DNA of 64,000 bases, from contig OZ038378.1 of the NCBI GenBank assembly GCA_964036045.1, positions 22,568,001 through 22,632,000 of the forward strand, in the 5' to 3' direction. The stretch comes from Eutreptiella sp. 'Long Island Sound 2002' (taxonomy: Eukaryota; Protista; Euglenida). The translations under genes and the position numbers were made by a program. Each line of letters begins with the position of its first letter. Positions within the stretch are counted from its first letter, which is position 1. Below the pieces are notes generated by a model, which searched no databases, was not told where the DNA came from, and saw only the letters and a list, made by a program, of their open reading frames with translations. Shown here piece after piece: positions 60,501 to 64,000 of the stretch.

Positions 60501-60753
60501 GCTGCGGTGGGTGTGATGTCATCTGGTCCTCACCAATCTCAAGACCCGCAGACGTGGTCCTGTGGTCTAGTGGCTCGGCTCTTACCTTGTGCTTCATGTC
60601 TTGGGCTGTGCACCACTCTCCGTGTGCCTGTGACGTTGTGGCACAGCGTGGGACTTGCAATATTGCCACTACTTGCGGGTGAGCGCAGATACTCCACCGA
60701 CTGCTAAGCGTAGAGGACACAGTGCCCCCGGTCAGTACCATGAAATAACTTGG

Positions 60754-60798
<45 letters not shown>

Positions 60799-61111
60799 CC
60801 TCTCATGCCATGCCCTGCCATGCCCTCTCCCCTGTCCTGAATGTTTCTGTGTGTGTGTGGCGGGGTGGTGGCACCCAGCACACGATAAATCTAGGCTATG
60901 GCAACGGTAGCGCACGAGCTCCTCCGCGGGCGGTTTTTGTGGTCTGTTGTGCGGTGCAGAACTGAACGCGGGAGAAGGTGAAGTCCACTGTCCAGAACTG
61001 CATTTGCTCATTCTCTACCAACAGACCGAAAGACGTCTAGGACAACTCTGCTGTTCCTGAGGAGTTTTCTTTCAACCGCTTTTCTTGCTTTGTTCTTGTC
61101 TCGCGGTTCTC

Positions 61112-61148
<37 letters not shown>

Positions 61149-61607
61149 AAGTGTGTGTGCACGGGCATGTGTGTAGTGTGTGTTGGGATTCATTGCGTCT
61201 AGGTCGCCCGGGGTCTTTGGTGTCTAGTAGCCCCGAGTCCAATGCAGGGGAGCCTGAGACGTCCTGACAGGTCAGCCCAAGGGGTCGTGACAGGTCAGCC
61301 CAAGGGTTCCCGGGGATCGGCGCTTCAGGATCCGTGAATATCGGTGCTGGACACTCTCCCATCCCTTCCCATCCCCCCCCCCCCCTCCCTAGGGGGACGA
61401 ATTCTTCTTCCACCTCATCCACATCCTCTTCTTCAATGGCGGTGCCATCTGCAGCGCTGCGACTCAGCCAACCCGTGCTCGTCAAAGTGGGGCGGTAGTC
61501 CGGCTTCCTAACCCCGGGACTCAGCCGGTTCGAGGAGGGCATCAGCCAATAGAGGGCAACCACCACAACTCCATGGGAGGGCGAGCACGGAAGAGACCAC
61601 ATTTGTC

Positions 61608-61764
61608 CACATTTGGTGTCAACATTTGATGTCAACATTTGGTGTCAACATTTGGTGTCTACATTTGGTGTCAACATTTGGTGTCCACATTTGGTGTCAA
61701 CATTTGGTGTCAACATTTGGTGTCAACATTTGGTGTCAACATTTGGTGTCAATATTTGGTGTCC
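61608..61764. repeat. Minisatellite, ~12 x 13 bp (aacatttggtgtc)
   Basis: Directly visible. Confidence 0.95.
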
Positions 61765-62029
61765 TTCTCTGCCACCGTGCTCCATGGGTGGGGCGCCTTT
61801 ATGGGGGGACGGGGTGCCCGACTTGTGATCAGCCCCCTTTCCCGCCCCTCTACCTCCACAAGGAGCTCGCCGAAGCACGGGGGAGGGGGGGGGGGGGCAG
61901 CCCCAGCCCCGGTGCTAGCGCAACCAACGGCCCGCTCGGCCCCGGCAGCCCCGGTGGCTCCGTCGGCCCAGCCTGCCGAGGCCTCCCCTTGTAGTGGCTG
62001 TCGGGCCCATGTAGCCCCCCCCCCACAGC

Positions 62030-63199
62030 TCCAAAATGACTATTGTTTAGGCCATTTAGTGGCACCTACAAATTTTCGAAAAATCAACTCTTTCTGAACC
62101 CCTCTATCGCCTCACCTCTAAGATGGATTTGGTGGTCATTTGGTGACGATACGGGGATTGGAGCCCCCATGGGGAACCACTCAGGGGCCGCTAGGCCCAT
62201 GAAGCTCAGACCATGTGTCCCTTGAAAGCCCCAAAATTGCAGTTGCTTGGGCCATATAGTGGCATCTTCAAAATTTTGAACATTCGACTTTTTCCCTTCG
62301 GTTGCCCCTAAGACGGGTTTGGGTGATCATTTGGTGACAATCCAAAGGTCCTAAACACCCATGGGGTCCCACATAGTGGCCGGTGTGCCAATGTAGCCCG
62401 GGCCTAGAAGCCGCAAAATTGCTGGGCCATGGCCCCCCGGAAGCCGCAAATTTGCTGCTGTTTACGTTTCGCGGCACCTGCAAATTTTTGAATACTCAAT
62501 TTTTCTTAAACCCCTCTATTAGCCCTAGGATGGGTTTGGGTGGTTATTTGGTGACAATATGGGCACTCGAGCAACCATGGGGACCCACGTAGTGGCCGCT
62601 AGGCCCCGGCCACAGGTCCCCCGCGGGCCATGAAATTACTTTTATTTCCAATGTTCCCGTTGTGTCATCTTCAAAATTTGGAAATTCGACTTTTGCGGAA
62701 CCCTTTGGTTCCTCCTGGGATGGGTTTGGGTGGTCATCTAGTGACAATATGGGGACTCAAATGTAATGGTAGGCCATGTAGTCTAGGCCATGGGCCCCCC
62801 TCAACCCATCAACCCCCCACCCGTGCCTATTAGTTAGTCGTCTCTCTGTGAGGTGCCTTGCCAAAGGTAATGGAATTACTCGCAATACTAGCCGCCTGCT
62901 GCGCCACGGACAGCCCCTACGGCTGCCCAATTTGAGGAGCGTATGAGGCACATCTTCCACCGCATCTCCTCCATGCTACGCACGCGACCTACAGCGCATG
63001 CAAAGAGCCATGGGTGTGTCCCATGCTGCAGCCGCCCACCTTGCACCTCCTGCAGCGCCTCGCGGTCGTGGCGGCCCTCGGTACAGCCCTCGCCCCCTTA
63101 GCTTGTTGATGATGTCCTTTAGTGACTTGATCTATCGCCGGAGCAACGTGATCACGGCCTGATCCGCGGTGGGAGTGTGTGTGTGTGTGGGTGTGTGTG

Positions 63200-63231
<32 letters not shown>

Positions 63232-63540
63232 TGCGTGCCGCCCCCACGTTCGCTGGCGCCGCAAGGCTGGGCGGCCCTCGTGCAGCAACAAGCAGGCGGT
63301 GCGCACCACACGGGGACCGCGGGCACCCTGTCGCCGCATGCAAAGCGATGAACAGAGATAGGGTAGCCTCACCACGTGTAGGTACACAACAAGAGACTTA
63401 AACAATAGCAATTTTGGGCTTTCAGGGGGCCCATGGCCCGCGCTACATGGACCTAGCGGCCACTAAGTGGGTCCCCATGGGTGCTTGAGTGCCCGTATTA
63501 TCACCAAATGACCACCCAAACCCATCCCAAGGGTGACCGA
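62030..63540. repeat. ~190-217-bp unit, four direct copies plus one inverted copy (foldback/MITE-like)
   Basis: gatgggtttgggtggtcatttggtgacaat-like anchors at ~62122, 62312, 62529 and 62719; reverse complement at ~63499-63528. Confidence 0.75.
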
Positions 63541-64000
63541 AGGCTTTTTGCAATTTTTTTTCGAAAAATTGCGGGTGTCACTCAACATAAACAAGCCTAA
63601 ATAAGAGCACTTTTGGGTACAACTCCTTTTATCGTCCATACACCTAAGTATACCTTTTATCGTCCATACACCTAAGTATAGAGGTTTTCCGATTGTTTTT
63701 AAAATCACACGACCCTACAAAAAAGAAAATTCCTCGCACCAAAGATTTTTTTCGTACACGAGTTACATTTTTCACCACCACCCCGCAGGCCTTAAGGACC
63801 CAAAGAGGCAACCATGATCCACCCAGCGTGCGTGGTAGCATGTGGCTAGGAGCCTAGCTTGGAGGTGGCCCACGGCACATAGTGGAAAGTTTTGTATATC
63901 AACAACTACCCCCCCCCCCTTTGTAATGCCCCACCCCTTGCAATCCCCCCCCCTTCCAGGGGAGGGGACGTCACTTTGACATTTCTTCTAGAAACCATTG

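Overview
Repeat-dense eukaryotic DNA with canonical GT-AG introns. A euglenoid-type protist is my guess, but the sequence does not establish it. A plus-strand host gene for an unidentified coiled-coil protein has at least 11 exons spread from 16172 to 57535. Seven of these are symmetric, phase-2 exons ending in a shared (Y)EAEAADL-R/K module. Upstream and intronic DNA is filled with nested mobile elements: (i) three decayed copies of a Transib/RAG1-core-like DDE transposase at 1-12.2 kb; (ii) a 7-kb APE-RT-RNase H LINE with a 2A peptide inserted into one of them (18-bp TSD, poly-A); (iii) a second 7-kb APE-RT LINE whose YADD motif is flipped by a ~197-bp inversion; (iv) a 3.1-kb TSD-flanked element with one long ORF, 35-aa repeats and no enzyme domain; (v) a SWIM-like/Ulp1-protease/SAP DNA-transposon derivative carrying a 19x85-bp array; and several older relics. 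The most unusual signal is a C-terminal peptide, GRAS(S/R)E(V/A)T-stop, shared by three otherwise dissimilar TSD-flanked retro-insertions (1965-1991, 25743-25769, 28844-28870). It is conserved through synonymous codon changes. No tRNA, rRNA or CRISPR array is supported.
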